From assembly GCA_964016885.1 (NCBI GenBank), contig OZ024743.1:321408001-321472000 (forward strand): a DNA stretch of 64,000 nucleotides, given 5' to 3'. A program made the translations under genes and the position numbers. Positions 1-56,299 of the stretch are shown piece after piece (position 1 is the stretch's first letter; each line of letters starts with the position of its first letter). The DNA is from Eledone cirrhosa (lineage: Eukaryota). The notes beneath the pieces are model-generated. The model was given only the letters and a program-made list of their open reading frames with translations. It was not told where the DNA came from and searched no databases.

Positions 1-227
1 GATGAGATATGCTCTGAATTAGGTTTCAAGTAAATATTTTTTCTATATTTATTATATTGATTGTAGTGCTAAAAATGATACATAAATGTGTAGTTTTCTG
101 TATAATAATGAAATATGCAATGTTCCTTGTTTTTCACTTAAAATCCAACTGTTTAACCTACCTTTTCATTTTCATAGTAATAGCAATGATAGGTGTGTAT
201 GTGTGTCTTCAATGCATTTATGTACCA

Positions 228-325
228 GCACCATTCACCACCAGCACCACCATCACTGGCACCAACCTCCACCACCACCGTTACCATCACTGACACCATC
301 CACCACCACCACCACCATCACCAGC
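228..325. repeat. (CAC/CCA)n low-complexity microsatellite
   Basis: Runs of cacc/accacc read directly from the sequence. Confidence 0.85.
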
Positions 326-424
326 GTAGAGCAAACAATTATTATTATTATTATATAAAAACTGAACTGGACTGGAAAAGTCAACAGTTGACATGATTTT
401 GATTTTGTATCAGTACTGACGGTA

Positions 425-530
425 ATATATATATATATGTATGAGTGTGTGAGTGGTGTGTGTGTGTTTGTATGCATGAGTGTTGGTGTGAGAGTGGCGT
501 GTGTGTTTGTAGTTTGTATGCATGAGTGTT

Positions 531-579
<49 letters not shown>

Positions 580-613
580 ATGTTGTGTCAATAAGTGGGG
601 TTTTTTTTTTTTT
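425..613. repeat. (TA)n, (GT)n microsatellites and poly-T
   Basis: Perfect (GT)n at about 532-578 with degenerate flanks. Confidence 0.9.
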
Positions 614-649
614 ATGACCATGCTGTAAAATGGAGGGGTAGAGAGGGCC

Positions 650-3600
650 CTTGAATCTAGTAAGACATCCCCTTTAGTGCTGGTGACACAAATAAAAGGA
701 CCCAGCCCATGCTGTAAAGTGGCTCTGGTGTTAGGAAGGGCATCCAACCAGTGTATCAATGCCAAAACGTTTATCAGCACAGCAACAAATAGATAAGAAA
801 AACAACAAAATATGAAGATGTCGAATCTCAGAGTTGCAACACTTAATGTTGGCACTCTCAGAGGTAGATCTGCTGAAATAGCGGAGATGCTGGAGAGAAG
901 GCAGGTGGATGTGTGCTGCGTGCAAGAGGTGAGATGGAGAAGTGCCTCTGCAAGACTAGTTGTAGGCAAACATCTTAGCTATAAGCTTTTCTGGGTAGGT
1001 AAGGATGATGGGTTAGGGGGAGTAGGCATTTTCCTGGCTGAGAGATGGATCAATAAGACAATAGAGGTAGTTCGAGTTAGTAATCAAATAATTAAGCTTA
1101 GATTAGTTGTAGGCAGGAGACTACTGACAATCATCTCTGCCTATGCTCCCAAAGCAGGCCTAGGCAAAGAAGAGAAAGACTGCTTTTATGAGCAACTTTT
1201 ACAAACAACCACAAGGCCAGAGCACAGAGACATCGTTATGCCAGCAGGGGACTTCAATGGTCATGTTGGACAGCTCCAGGATGGTTACACTGGGGTACAT
1301 GGTGGGAACGGTTACGGCTCAAGAAATGAAGAAGGAGTGCGACTTCATAAATTTTGCGATACAAGTACACTGATTATTTGCAACACTAACTTCCAGAAAC
1401 CTGCCAACCACCTAATACCTACAAATCTGGCGAGCACATAAGCCAGATTGACTTCTTACTAGTTAGGCAGCGGGACAGGCAGATAGTGTCTAATACCAAG
1501 GCATACCTTGGGGAAGAATGTACCCCACAGCATAGGTTAGTCGTTAGTGATATCTCAGTAAGCAAGAGATGGAATGAGACATACAGGAAGGTGTGGAGAA
1601 GAAAGGTCTGGAAGCTAAGAGACCTTTCACCAAAATCCAAATTTAGGAAAGTCCTCCAAGATGTGTATGACGAAAAAGAAGACGATTTAGAGACGTATGA
1701 CATAGATAATAACTGGAATTTCTTACATGACAACTTACTGCAGGCTACAGATGAAACTTGTGGCTGGAACAGAGCTCCAACCAGACAGAGAGTGACCTGG
1801 TGGTGGAACAGCACAGTAGATAAGGCATTTTATTCAAAAGACTAGCATGGAAGGCTTGGAAAAAGGGTGGGAGTAGGGAAGGATATACAGCCACTAAGAG
1901 AGAAGCTAGGTGTACTTAGCACGCAGGGAGGCTGAGAGTAGGAGGTTTGCCAATGTTCTGCGACGGGAAGATCAGAGGCGTGCGGTGTTCCACATTGCAA
2001 GGCAGTGTGTCAATGCAAATCAGGATGTTGTTGGAGATAAATGTGTCCGGAATGATGCCGATGTACTTAGTGTCACGAATGATCAGAAAAAGGAGGCCTG
2101 GAAATGTCATTATGAGAGACTGATGAATGTGGAGAACGAATGGGAGAGAGAGAAATTACCCTTGGTAGATCCGACAAAGGGACCAGCTATTGAGATTGAC
2201 GAATATAGGGTCCAAGAGGCGATTAAGGAAATGAAAAGTGGTAAGGCCGCTGGACCATCGAGGATAGTTGCTGAGATGCTGAAGGCATCAGGGGACGTAG
2301 GCACTAAACTGGTTGCACGCATCATCAATCAGGCTATATATGGTGGTGTCATACCCAAAGACTGGTGCAGCAGTATTCTCATAAATTGCTACAAAGGTAA
2401 AAAGGATGTTCTGGAGAGGAGCAATTATAGGGGTATAAAACTGATGGATCAGGTTATGAAAGTGGCAGAAAGGATATTAGCACAACTAATTAGAGAAAGG
2501 GTCAAACTAGATGAGATGCAGTTTGGTTTTGTGCCTGGGAAGAGTACAACAGATGCCCTCTTCTTGGTGAGACAATTACAAGAGAGGTTCTTAGAGAAAA
2601 ATAAGCCACTATACTTAGCCTTTGTTGACCTAGAGAAGGCCTTTGATAGGGTACCCCAATCTGTCATCTGGGGGTCCCTAAGGAAACTAGGTGTTGAGTA
2701 ATGGCTTGTGAGGACAGTGCAAACTTTGTACAGAGGTACTGTCAGTAAAGTCAGGGTAGGATTGGAGTTTAGTGAGGAATTCCAGATACAAGTAGGAGTA
2801 CATCAAGATTCGGTCCTCAGCCCGCTCTTGTTAATTTAGTCCTCCAAGCCATAACAGAGGAGTTTAAGACTGGCTGTCTATGGGAAGTTCTCTATGCTGA
2901 TGATCTGGTTCTTATAGCAGAATCAGTAGAAGAGCTAGAGAATAAATTCTGGCTATGGAAACAATAGTTGGAAGCAAGAAGACTGAGAGTGAACCTAACT
3001 AAGACAAAAGTGTTGATGAGTAGAAAAGAGGACAAAACTCTGATTCCATCAGGGAAATGGCCATGTTCGATATGCAGAAAAGGAACTGGCATAAATTCTA
3101 TAAAATGAACACAATGCAGATCCTGGGTACACAAGAGATGTAGCGGGATAGCAGGAAAACTAACAGGTAGGGAGAAATACGTATGCAGTAGATGTACAGG
3201 GAAATTAGACAGTAGAAGTCACATTGATAGACACATTTTTCAAATGCAGTCGGGTGCTATAGAAGTGGTGGATAGCTTCCGGTACCTAGGAGATCAGATT
3301 AACATGGGAGGGAGTGTTCCGAGGCCATAGTATCTAGAATAAGGACGGGTTGGAAGAAGTTTAGGGAGCTGCTTCCTCTGCTGATGAAGTAGGGTTTCTC
3401 CCTGCGTACGAAAGGCCGGTTATATGATGCCTGTGTGAGGAGCGCGATGCTGCATGGTAGTGAGACATGGGCAGCAACTGCAGAGGATATGCGACGGCTG
3501 GAGATAAATGAGGCAAGCATGCTCCATTGGATGTGCAGTGTCAATGTGCGTAAACGACCCAGCATGAATGTGTTGAGAGAGAAACTGTGTCTGAGAGGGA

Positions 3601-3896
3601 TAAAATGTAGTGTACGGGAGAGGAGACTGAGGTGGTATGGACATGTGATTCGCATGGAGGATGACCGATGGTTGAATAAGTGCCGGGAAATGCCAATTGA
3701 AGGAAGATGTGGTAGAGGTAGACCACGAAAAACATGGGCGGAGGTGGTGAGAACAGACCTCAGATCGCTGAAGCTCACGGTGGAGATGACGAAGGACCGT
3801 GACAAGTGGAGAGATGCTGTGCTGAATAAGACCCGTCCCACCCTTGCAAGCAGGGAAGAGCGGACGTAAAATGATGATGATGATGATGATGATGAT
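650..3896 (+). mobile_element. Near full-length, inactivated RTE-clade LINE (APE endonuclease + RT with internal Cys/His finger; (ATG)n tail)
   Basis: TLNVGTL, VQEVRW, SAYAP and GDFNGHVG (APE). QFGF.PGKST, FVDLEKAFDRVP and LYADDL (RT). LRWYGHV.RM and RGRPRKTW. Several frameshifts and stops. Ends cggacgtaaa(atg)n. Confidence 0.93.
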
Positions 3897-3994
3897 ATGG
3901 AAGCTTCATCTAATATAGATATTGTTATAGTTATGAATAAATTGCTTTTAGTTTATGAGCCACACATACAAAAGCAATGAATATAAGATGTTTA

Positions 3995-4560
3995 TCTCTG
4001 GAACCTTCTCCTTCTTCTTCTTCTTCTTGAGAGGATTGTGGGGGCAGAGTCCTCAAACACTCCTTCTGGCAGGTCCTCTCAGAAGCAACCAGCTCCAACT
4101 GATCCAGCTGGATCCCCAAGTGAGACCAGCCAAGCTCATAGTTCATAGTTCAGTAAATTATAACAACTCTATTTACACATTTACACCATTAATTAAAAGC
4201 AATTCATTATTTCTATTAATTACAGATTGTCCAGAGGGTACCCACATGTATTCAGACAATACAAAATGTATTGATGAGCCTCATGGATGTTATCCAACCT
4301 TCTTGCTCGGGGTCTACCTCTGGGCCTGCTGCCATTTGGCTTTGCCTGTAAAATCTGTCCAGCAATACTTTCCTGAGACATTCTAACCACATGCTCATAG
4401 TATTGGGCTGACTTCTCAATTTGAAGAAGTAGCAACTGTATTTGGAGTGATTCTCTGATCTCCGAGCTATGCACTTTATCGAGTAACATTACGCCAAAGA
4501 CCTTTCGAAGAAACCCAATTTTGACTGCTTGTATTTGCAACCAAATTCTTTAGGTCATTA
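3995..4560 (-). mobile_element. 3' fragment of a second RTE-type LINE, interrupted at 4140-4279
   Basis: Minus-strand translation HVVRMSQE..RPRGRPRARRLDNIHE continues as LGWSHLGIQ..LPPQSSQ across the insert. Confidence 0.75.
4226..4279 (+). pseudogene. Truncated LDLa pseudo-exon (DCPEGTHMYSDNTKCIDE) with acceptor, inside a 140-bp insertion
   Basis: ttctattaattacag acceptor and phase-1 start. C-x6-(Y for C)-x5-CI spacing is like the LDLa exon at 19677. No C-terminal half or donor. Confidence 0.55.
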
Positions 4561-4881
4561 CACATGTTCATAAATTAAAAATTTATGACAGCAAAAATCA
4601 TAAGTTTGCACCAGAACAAGTTCTATTCATATGTCATTGATCCAATTGACAAACCATCCCTCCCATGCATGCTTAACTAATGCTAATCATACTTCATGGT
4701 TAAGTAATTAGTAATATATAAAGCATCCAGTAACGAAATCAATTTTATTCAACAGACTATCTTACATATACAAGCATAGTAAATTGAGAGTGAAGCTATA
4801 AAATAAATGGAACATAATATACCAAATAAAATCAAAATATTAAATTTTAAAGTAATTACCTGAATTTCTTTTCTATTACAG

Positions 4882-48969
<44,088 letters not shown>

Positions 48970-49334
48970 CAAATTCCAAACAAAGTGCTTCCTACAAAAT
49001 TATTGTGTACCTGAATTTATTAACTTTATTAACTGCTTAATCCTACAATTATCAAATCTTACCAGATGAGATAGGTTTCAATCGCATCTGGTTCTTGCTT
49101 ATTTTCTTTCTCATGCTATACATATGTATGATAAGTTTATATATGAAAAGGTATTCTTTGAACATTCCTAACTTAATTATAAATATATTAATTATAGTTT
49201 ATGTTGTTTTCATACAGAAAGTTATTGTATTTTCCAGAGTATACGATAGACTTCTTTTACTCAAAGATTTGGTGTCAAAATCTGCCTGCATCCTATACAC
49301 CGAAGGTATGATTATTATTATTACTATTATTATT

Positions 49335-50115
49335 GGTAGAGCATCGGACAACACGATTTGTGGCATACAGTTACATCCCTTTATGTTCTGAGTTCCAATC
49401 CCACTGAGGTTAACTTTGCCTTTCATAGTTACTAAAAAACAAAACTTCTCATTAACACATAATTAAAATAAAGCTAATGGCAATTATCATTTAACATCTG
49501 TTCTCCTGTCTAGCATGTGTAGATTATTACAGATCTCAGTCACTACTTCAGACCACTCAGATAAACTGATGAGAACACATTTTGTGTATATATGTTCCTA
49601 CACTGTATAGTGTGTATCAGGTGCATTTCATCATGACACCAGCACTAGGGAGGTTGTCATGTCTTTGACACAACTAAAGAAGACCCTTGGTATGGTTTCT
49701 ATAGCTGAATGCCCTTTCTATCACCAACCACCTTACAAGGTGTACTGGGTGTATTCTTCATGGTACCAGCTCTAGTGAGATTGTCAATCATTGACTCAAG
49801 TTAAGGGTCATTTCTATTCTATGAGAGAAACAGGATAAGATGGGATAATAAGAATAAATATAGAGCCATAGGCACATGGCTGGTAGGAGAGGTGAGAGGG
49901 AAGCATTGATCTCCAATAGTGGGGAGGTACTACTACTACTACTACTACTACTACTGCTGCTGCTACTTATAGTTTGGAGGGAAGGGGAAGTTGATTAAAT
50001 TGACTTTGGTGCATTACTGGTACTTTATTTTATCGATCTTGTAAGGATGAAAGGTAAAGCTAACCTCTGTGGGATTTGAACTCGGAACGTAAACGGCAGT
50101 AACTATGCTGCAAAT
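49335..50115. mobile_element. Cluster of partial SINE copies in or near the 3' UTR region
   Basis: tRNA-SINE pieces at 49335-49430 (+) and 49970-50115 (-); RTE-tailed SINE at 49485-49790 (-). Confidence 0.7.
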
Positions 50116-50324
50116 AATAATATTGATAATAATGATAATAATAAAACTTTCACCCCAAAAACCTTTTTCTTTAGAGTAAGGGTGCATATTATATTCAGAA
50201 AAATACAATAATTGATTTTCAAGCTGTATGGTATCAATATATATTTGTTAATTCTTGCATTCTTTAACATTTTTATGAATTATTTCCAATGATCAATGAT
50301 TTGGTGACCTTATGAAGCATTGGG

Positions 50325-50598
50325 AAATTTGGAAATATAGTTGCCACAACGTAGATAAATATAATAATAGTTGATGATTAAATAATATTTGAATTAGTCA
50401 GCTAAAGTACCCCCGAAGACACAAAAGTGAGCAGAGATGGCTGTGGGGATATAACCACACATGGTTTGATTCTCCATAGCTGTTTCTGATCACATTTTTC
50501 AGTTTCCAGGGGTACTTTATCAAACTTATTCAACTATTATTTAATTATCAACTCTTATTGTAGTTATCTACATTACAGTGACTATATTTTCAAATTTA
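50325..50598. mobile_element. Foldback/MITE-like imperfect palindrome, about 270 bp
   Basis: Arms pair end to end (aaatttggaaatatagt / actatattttcaaattt; gttgatgattaaataat / attatttaattatcaac; taaagtacccc / ggggtacttta), centre near 50460. Confidence 0.75.
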
Positions 50599-51179
50599 AA
50601 TGATTTATGATTATATAATAAATTTTATAATAATTTTGTAATTTTAATAAAAGTTGTTTAGTGTTCTATTAACTAATTTGTTATGTTGTCATTTTATTTT
50701 TAGTTATAACCTTTGTTTCTTTCCTTACTATATATATATATATATACTATATTCTTAATGTCACACTGGAATTTTTTGTTAAAATATAAATTTTTTTCAT
50801 ATAACTGATGTATAATATAACTAGCTTTTAAGAAATACTGGTAGGCCTATCATAGGGGAAGTGGCAAAAATATTAGGTGAATTTTTTATCAAATAAGTAT
50901 TAGTAATTGAAATAACAGACTCAATTTATTCAACTGTACTATATCATTTTCCTAGTTTATTGTAATATAGCCATCCCAAAATATGAGATATCACTTAAAA
51001 CATCTGATTGACCCAAGATTTGCAGACATTTGTTGTCATTTATATCTGACAATATCATTCATGGCATTCTTGTAGGCTATCAGCAACTCTACCTGTAAAT
51101 TCCTGTTTCCATGACATGCCTCCTACATAGCCTAGTGTCAGTCCTTTTGATGCTACATGAAGAGAACAACTATTATACC

Positions 51180-54032
51180 TGTTATTTTTTTCCCAACAAT
51201 TGAAACAAGAACAGAAAAAGATGATCAAGTGAATATATATTGAAACACTGAACTTTTGAAGGTGTACAATTCCCCACCCACCCCAAAAAACCACAAAAAT
51301 ATCCTCTATGTTTATATACAGTCAAGACTTCAGAATATTCTGGAACATGCATGTGTGTCATATTCTGATTGGACAATAGTAGATTTGTTGAAATGTATGT
51401 CAAATATTCACAAATCTGCCTCCCCCAAGTGGATTATTTTACATTCGTAAAAAAGCCTTGATAATTTGAAGGTCATGATTTTGATTCTTGCCTTTGGATC
51501 TTCCTAACACCCCCACCTAGAAGTCCTTGGTCATATGGTCGGAGACAAGGGTTTACATTCGGAAGCAATATTTGTTTTCTTTGGTGAGTAGAATGTCAAA
51601 GTGTTTGGTTTGATATTTGACTATTGTTTTCACAGGTAGATTAAAGGTATCTAAAATGATTTCAAGTGTTAGCTGTGATTCATGCTGAGATTGATGTAAA
51701 AGTTCGTTTTTGTAACACATCTGGTTAATATATCTAGTCCAGATGTTTTGTCGAACTTGGATGTCATAAATCACCTTTCCCATTTGTGTATAATCACTGC
51801 CGTTGTCCATCTTATTGGTTTACAATGATTGCAAAAAAACACAGTATCACCTGGTTTCAGTAATTCTTGTGAACTTTGAACCGCCAAAATTTGCAAATGT
51901 GCCTCGGCTAAATCAAGTTTTGCAAAAAATCTTCCTCCCATTTAATTTTGCAAATAAGTCATCTGGAAAAGGGAGTGAATACAGAGGATCTTCAAGTGCT
52001 TCATTTAGTCCTGAAAAATCAGCACAGCCTATTAAGCTCTTTGGTCACTACAATTGGTGCTTTCCAAGTGGAATAAGTCAGTGAGGTCAAAATTCCACTC
52101 TTTTGTGGACAGGTGAATTCTTTCTCTACCAAAGTCTGGGCTACATGTAGCACAGGACACTTTAGACAAAAAATTGGACATGATTCTGGGCATATCATTA
52201 GGGTAGCTTCAAATTTGGTATATAACCCCAATTCATCTGCAAACACTGATGAATATTTTTGAATTAATTTTAACAGCATATTTGTTTCTACTGAAGATAG
52301 TATCTGCATATGGTTACAAATTTTGTTCATTTGCTGGTCCACCATGTACAAATTTTCAAGCCAATTGACGCCAAAAAGATCCAAATTTATATTGTCCATC
52401 ACATAACAAATATCATTGATCTTTGTCTCATTCAACTTGACGTTGAAGTTAATTTGGCCACAAATATTTAGTCATTTCCAGATATAATTTGTGTAGTTTT
52501 AGTTATGGCTACAATTTTAGGTCAACCAATATACTGCCAAGTTTGTCTTGAAATTAGAGCAATGTCAGAAGTCATGTCTAACTGAAGGTGGACCCGTTTA
52601 CTGTTAACGAGTAACTAGATATGCCTTCGTTTTGGTGGTGCATCAACTGGGTATACAGTCGATGTGAATTGTGTACAAATTTGATGTTTCTATCTTCCAC
52701 TTGACATCTGTTTTTCTATTCAACAATAGATAGTGACTCAACACTAATTTTCAAGATGACACAACAATCGTGACATCTGTAATTTCTAATTTTGCAAAAT
52801 TGGGCATAATGCCAATTGCCATAATACCAGCATGCTGTCAGGGGTCTTTTATTGTGCCCAATGAGTTTTTTTATTGACATTGCCATGTGAAGGTAAAATG
52901 GATTGCGCTAAAGTTGGCTGACCTTTTTCTACCATTGCTATATCATGCTTTAAATTCACCAACTGCTGGAATTTGGTAGTCACGTCTTGTAACGCCATGT
53001 CTGGTGACTGTTCCAAACTATTAATAATACACATCAGCATCTTCTAATGTCTGTAACCTGCAAACAACAAATATTTAAATTGGTCATCTGTCATCAGTGG
53101 CAGCTGCAAATGTTCAAAATTGCAATTCACCAGACATGCGGATCAATAGAGGACCAAATCTTCTGTGGACTTTTTTGTAAGTATGAGACAATGGTATCTA
53201 GCATTGAAAGTTGATGTCTGCTCTCTGAACACTTGTGTCAGAAACTTGGTTGTTTCTGAAAATGAAACATCTTGAAGTAGTTTGGGCAGGATGGAGTTTC
53301 AAAAATGATCACAGTCTATGGTTCTCAATTTTCTCAAGAACAAGTATATTTTGTGGGGCATCATCAACTTATGCCAGATCTAAATTGAAGGTGTTCCCCC
53401 AACTCTTAGACCAGCACTTGAATGTAAACATCAACAGGATCAAACTGTAATTCAGTAATTGTATTAAGGATGGATATCACTCTATCATGTGACATGGATG
53501 CTAGGAGATCATGCTTAATTTATTCAGCATAGTTTCAATTAATTTCTAGTTGAACTTCCTCTGCTTGATTCTGTTGTTGTTGTAACAACATTCACAACTG
53601 TACCATGGAAATCGACATGTTGTATGTTTATTTTTCTTGTCGCCAATTTGTTATGTTTTTGCCAACAATTAAAATGAGAACACTAAAAGATTGAATATAT
53701 ATTGAAACACTGACCTTTTGAAGGTGTACAAACAATATCCACCCCCATCCAAAAGAAAACTACAAATATGTCCTCTATATTTATATACAGTTAAGTTTAG
53801 AATATTCTGGAACATGCATGTGTGTCACACTCTGATTGAACAATAGTAGATTTGTCGAATGAGTGATACTTATTGTTCTAGCTTCAACCAATTTATTTTG
53901 CATACCAAATATTAACACATCTGCCTTTTTCCCTGACTGCATTATTTTACACTTGTAGAAAAGCAATGACTTGGTCTTCCTTGATAATTTGAAGGCCATG
54001 ATTTTGATTGTTGCTTGTGGATCTTCCTAACA
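51180..54032 (-). mobile_element. Internally deleted, decayed Ty3/Gypsy (Mag-like) LTR retrotransposon
   Basis: LTRs 51180-51509 and 53649-54032 (TG...CA), PBS TGGCGACAAG (53636-53645, minus), PPT at 51510-51518, TSD ATACC/ATTCC. Remnant gag, protease and RT start (WKAPIVV) and the integrase end. Confidence 0.88.
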
Positions 54033-54339
54033 ATTCCATTAAAAATGTATACCATAGACAGGCCGCCAGTCCGTCACATGGTTAAAATCCCAGCTATTAC
54101 TGATACTCATTTTACTCCAGAACACATCATATAACACAGTTCAGGAATCAAACCCACAACAATATGATCATAAGTCCAACTCCCCTACCACTGGGCCAGG
54201 TGTCTCAATAAAATATTACCAAAATAGAAATTCCCTAAAGGGTTGGTTGTCCATGTATGCGATAAGGGTTGGATGAATGAAAACAACTTGAAAATATGAC
54301 TGAAACAAAAGAGGCAGATCAAAGAAGCTTACCAATAAT

Positions 54340-55185
54340 TAAGGGTAGATTAAGGGTACCGTGAGAATGTATAGTATATCAACTAGCTTCCAATTGATAT
54401 TAAGGGTAGCTGATGTTACTGTTTTAATGTATGGTAGATCTACTATCTTAATATTGTTGTTAAGAGTAGCTGATGGTAGTGTGAGAATGTATGGTAGATC
54501 TACCACCTTACCATTGGTATTAAGGGTAGTTAATGGTAATGTGAGAATGTATGGTAGATCTACCACCTTACCATTGGTATTAAAGGTAGCTAATGGTACT
54601 GTGATATGTATGGTAGATCTACCACCTTACCATTGGCATTAAGGTTAGCTGATGGTAATGTGAGAATGTATGGTAGATCTACCACCTTATCATTGGTATT
54701 AAGGGTAGCTGATGGTACCTTACCATTGGTATTAAAGGTAGCTGATGGCATGTGAGAATGTATGGTAGATCTACCCCTTACCATTGGTATTAAGGGTAGT
54801 TGATGATAGTGTAGTATGTATGGTAGATATAGCACCTTACCATTGGTATTAAGGGTAGTTGATGGTAGTGTGGTATGTATCTTAGATATACCGACTTACC
54901 ATTAGTATTAAGGGTAGCTGATGGTAGTGTGAGAAAATATGGTAGATCTACCACCATACAATTTGTATTATGGGTCGCTAATGGTAATATTTTAATGTAT
55001 GGTAGAACAATCAACTTATCATTAGTATTAAAGGTAGCTGATGGTACTGTACTGTGTACAGTAGCTCTACTATCTTACCATTGGTATTAAGGACAGCTGA
55101 TGGTAGTGTTTTAATATATGGTAGATCAATCAGCTTACCATTACTATTAAGGGTAGCTGGTTGTAGTGTGACAATGTATGGTAGG
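54340..55185. repeat. 60-bp minisatellite, about 14 copies (gtatggtagatctaccaccttaccattggtattaagggtagctgatggtagtgtgagaat)
   Basis: Direct periodicity, with 20-aa periodic ORFs on both strands. Confidence 0.95.
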
Positions 55186-56299
55186 TTACAAAAACAAATC
55201 CCTCCAAATAAATACTTGTGTATAGAGTCAACCCTTATTTTTCTGTAGAAATTTACTCATAAAAACTCACATTATACTTGAGTATATATAGCAATATCTA
55301 AAACACAATGATATAACTTTGAAATGAAAAGAAATCAAAGAGCCATGTTTTCTACATTCACAGATTGAAGATGATAGTTCCATTAACATTGGTTTATGGG
55401 GATAGCAGAGAAGAATTTATTTTCATGTAGCAGTGTATCTAGGGCTCTTAGCATAGTAAAGCCGTAAGACCTTACATTCATGTAGTGTATCTATGGAAGA
55501 GGTGAAAGACTTTAGCTTCGTTTAATGTATAGCGTGTTCTCAAGATATATCTAGCATATCCCTGTTTATCATAAGAGGTGACTAAAAGATTTGACATTAT
55601 GATGGACATACAGCTGTAAAATATTGTTTTAGAATATCCCATCCATCCTTAGCCAGCATGAAAAAGAGGATATGGAAAATTGATGATGAGGATATATACA
55701 TTTCATTTTTTCTGACACTAAATTAATTTATAATGATTTTAGAATCTATTTATGGAAATAAATGAATAAAATAAGCTTTGCAGGATGTGACATGTGTACA
55801 TGAATAATGGAGGAGAGATGAACTGAGCAAAATACTGATTATAAGATGGGGGATTGTGTAGACAATGGAGTTTCATGAAGTCCCTAGTAATGTTATGTAA
55901 GTGAGGATTGAGGGGATGGAGGAGAGTGAACTATAGGGAGCTGGAGGAAGCAAAAAAGGAGGAAAACATTGTTATTGGAACAAACATTTGTGATGAAACA
56001 TGTTAAAACAGTAAACAGTTTATGTTTTATGTTTTATTGTTCGTTAAGTTAAAATATGATAAAAAGGAGTAAAAAAGAAAAAGAATGAACATAAATAAAT
56101 GGTAATGACTGTAAGATGAATCAGATGCAGTGTACAAGAGAGAAGACTTTGTTTGGGAGTGTAATGGGTAAGAAATATGACAATTAGTAAAGAATTGCAA
56201 AAGTTAGATGGAACCTTTTGAAGAAGAGTGAGAAAGATATGTACAGAAGGTGATAAAGCTGATCTCAAAAAGAAGATGACAAAGAGGGTAACTCATAGA

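Noticed and set aside
812-3869. Active LINE ORF
   Set aside because: Multiple frameshifts and in-frame stops, for example at 1439-1441, 1843-1845 and 2699-2701.
49467-49472. AATAAA as the gene's polyadenylation signal
   Set aside because: The hexamer is common in this AT-rich DNA and cannot be assigned without transcript data.
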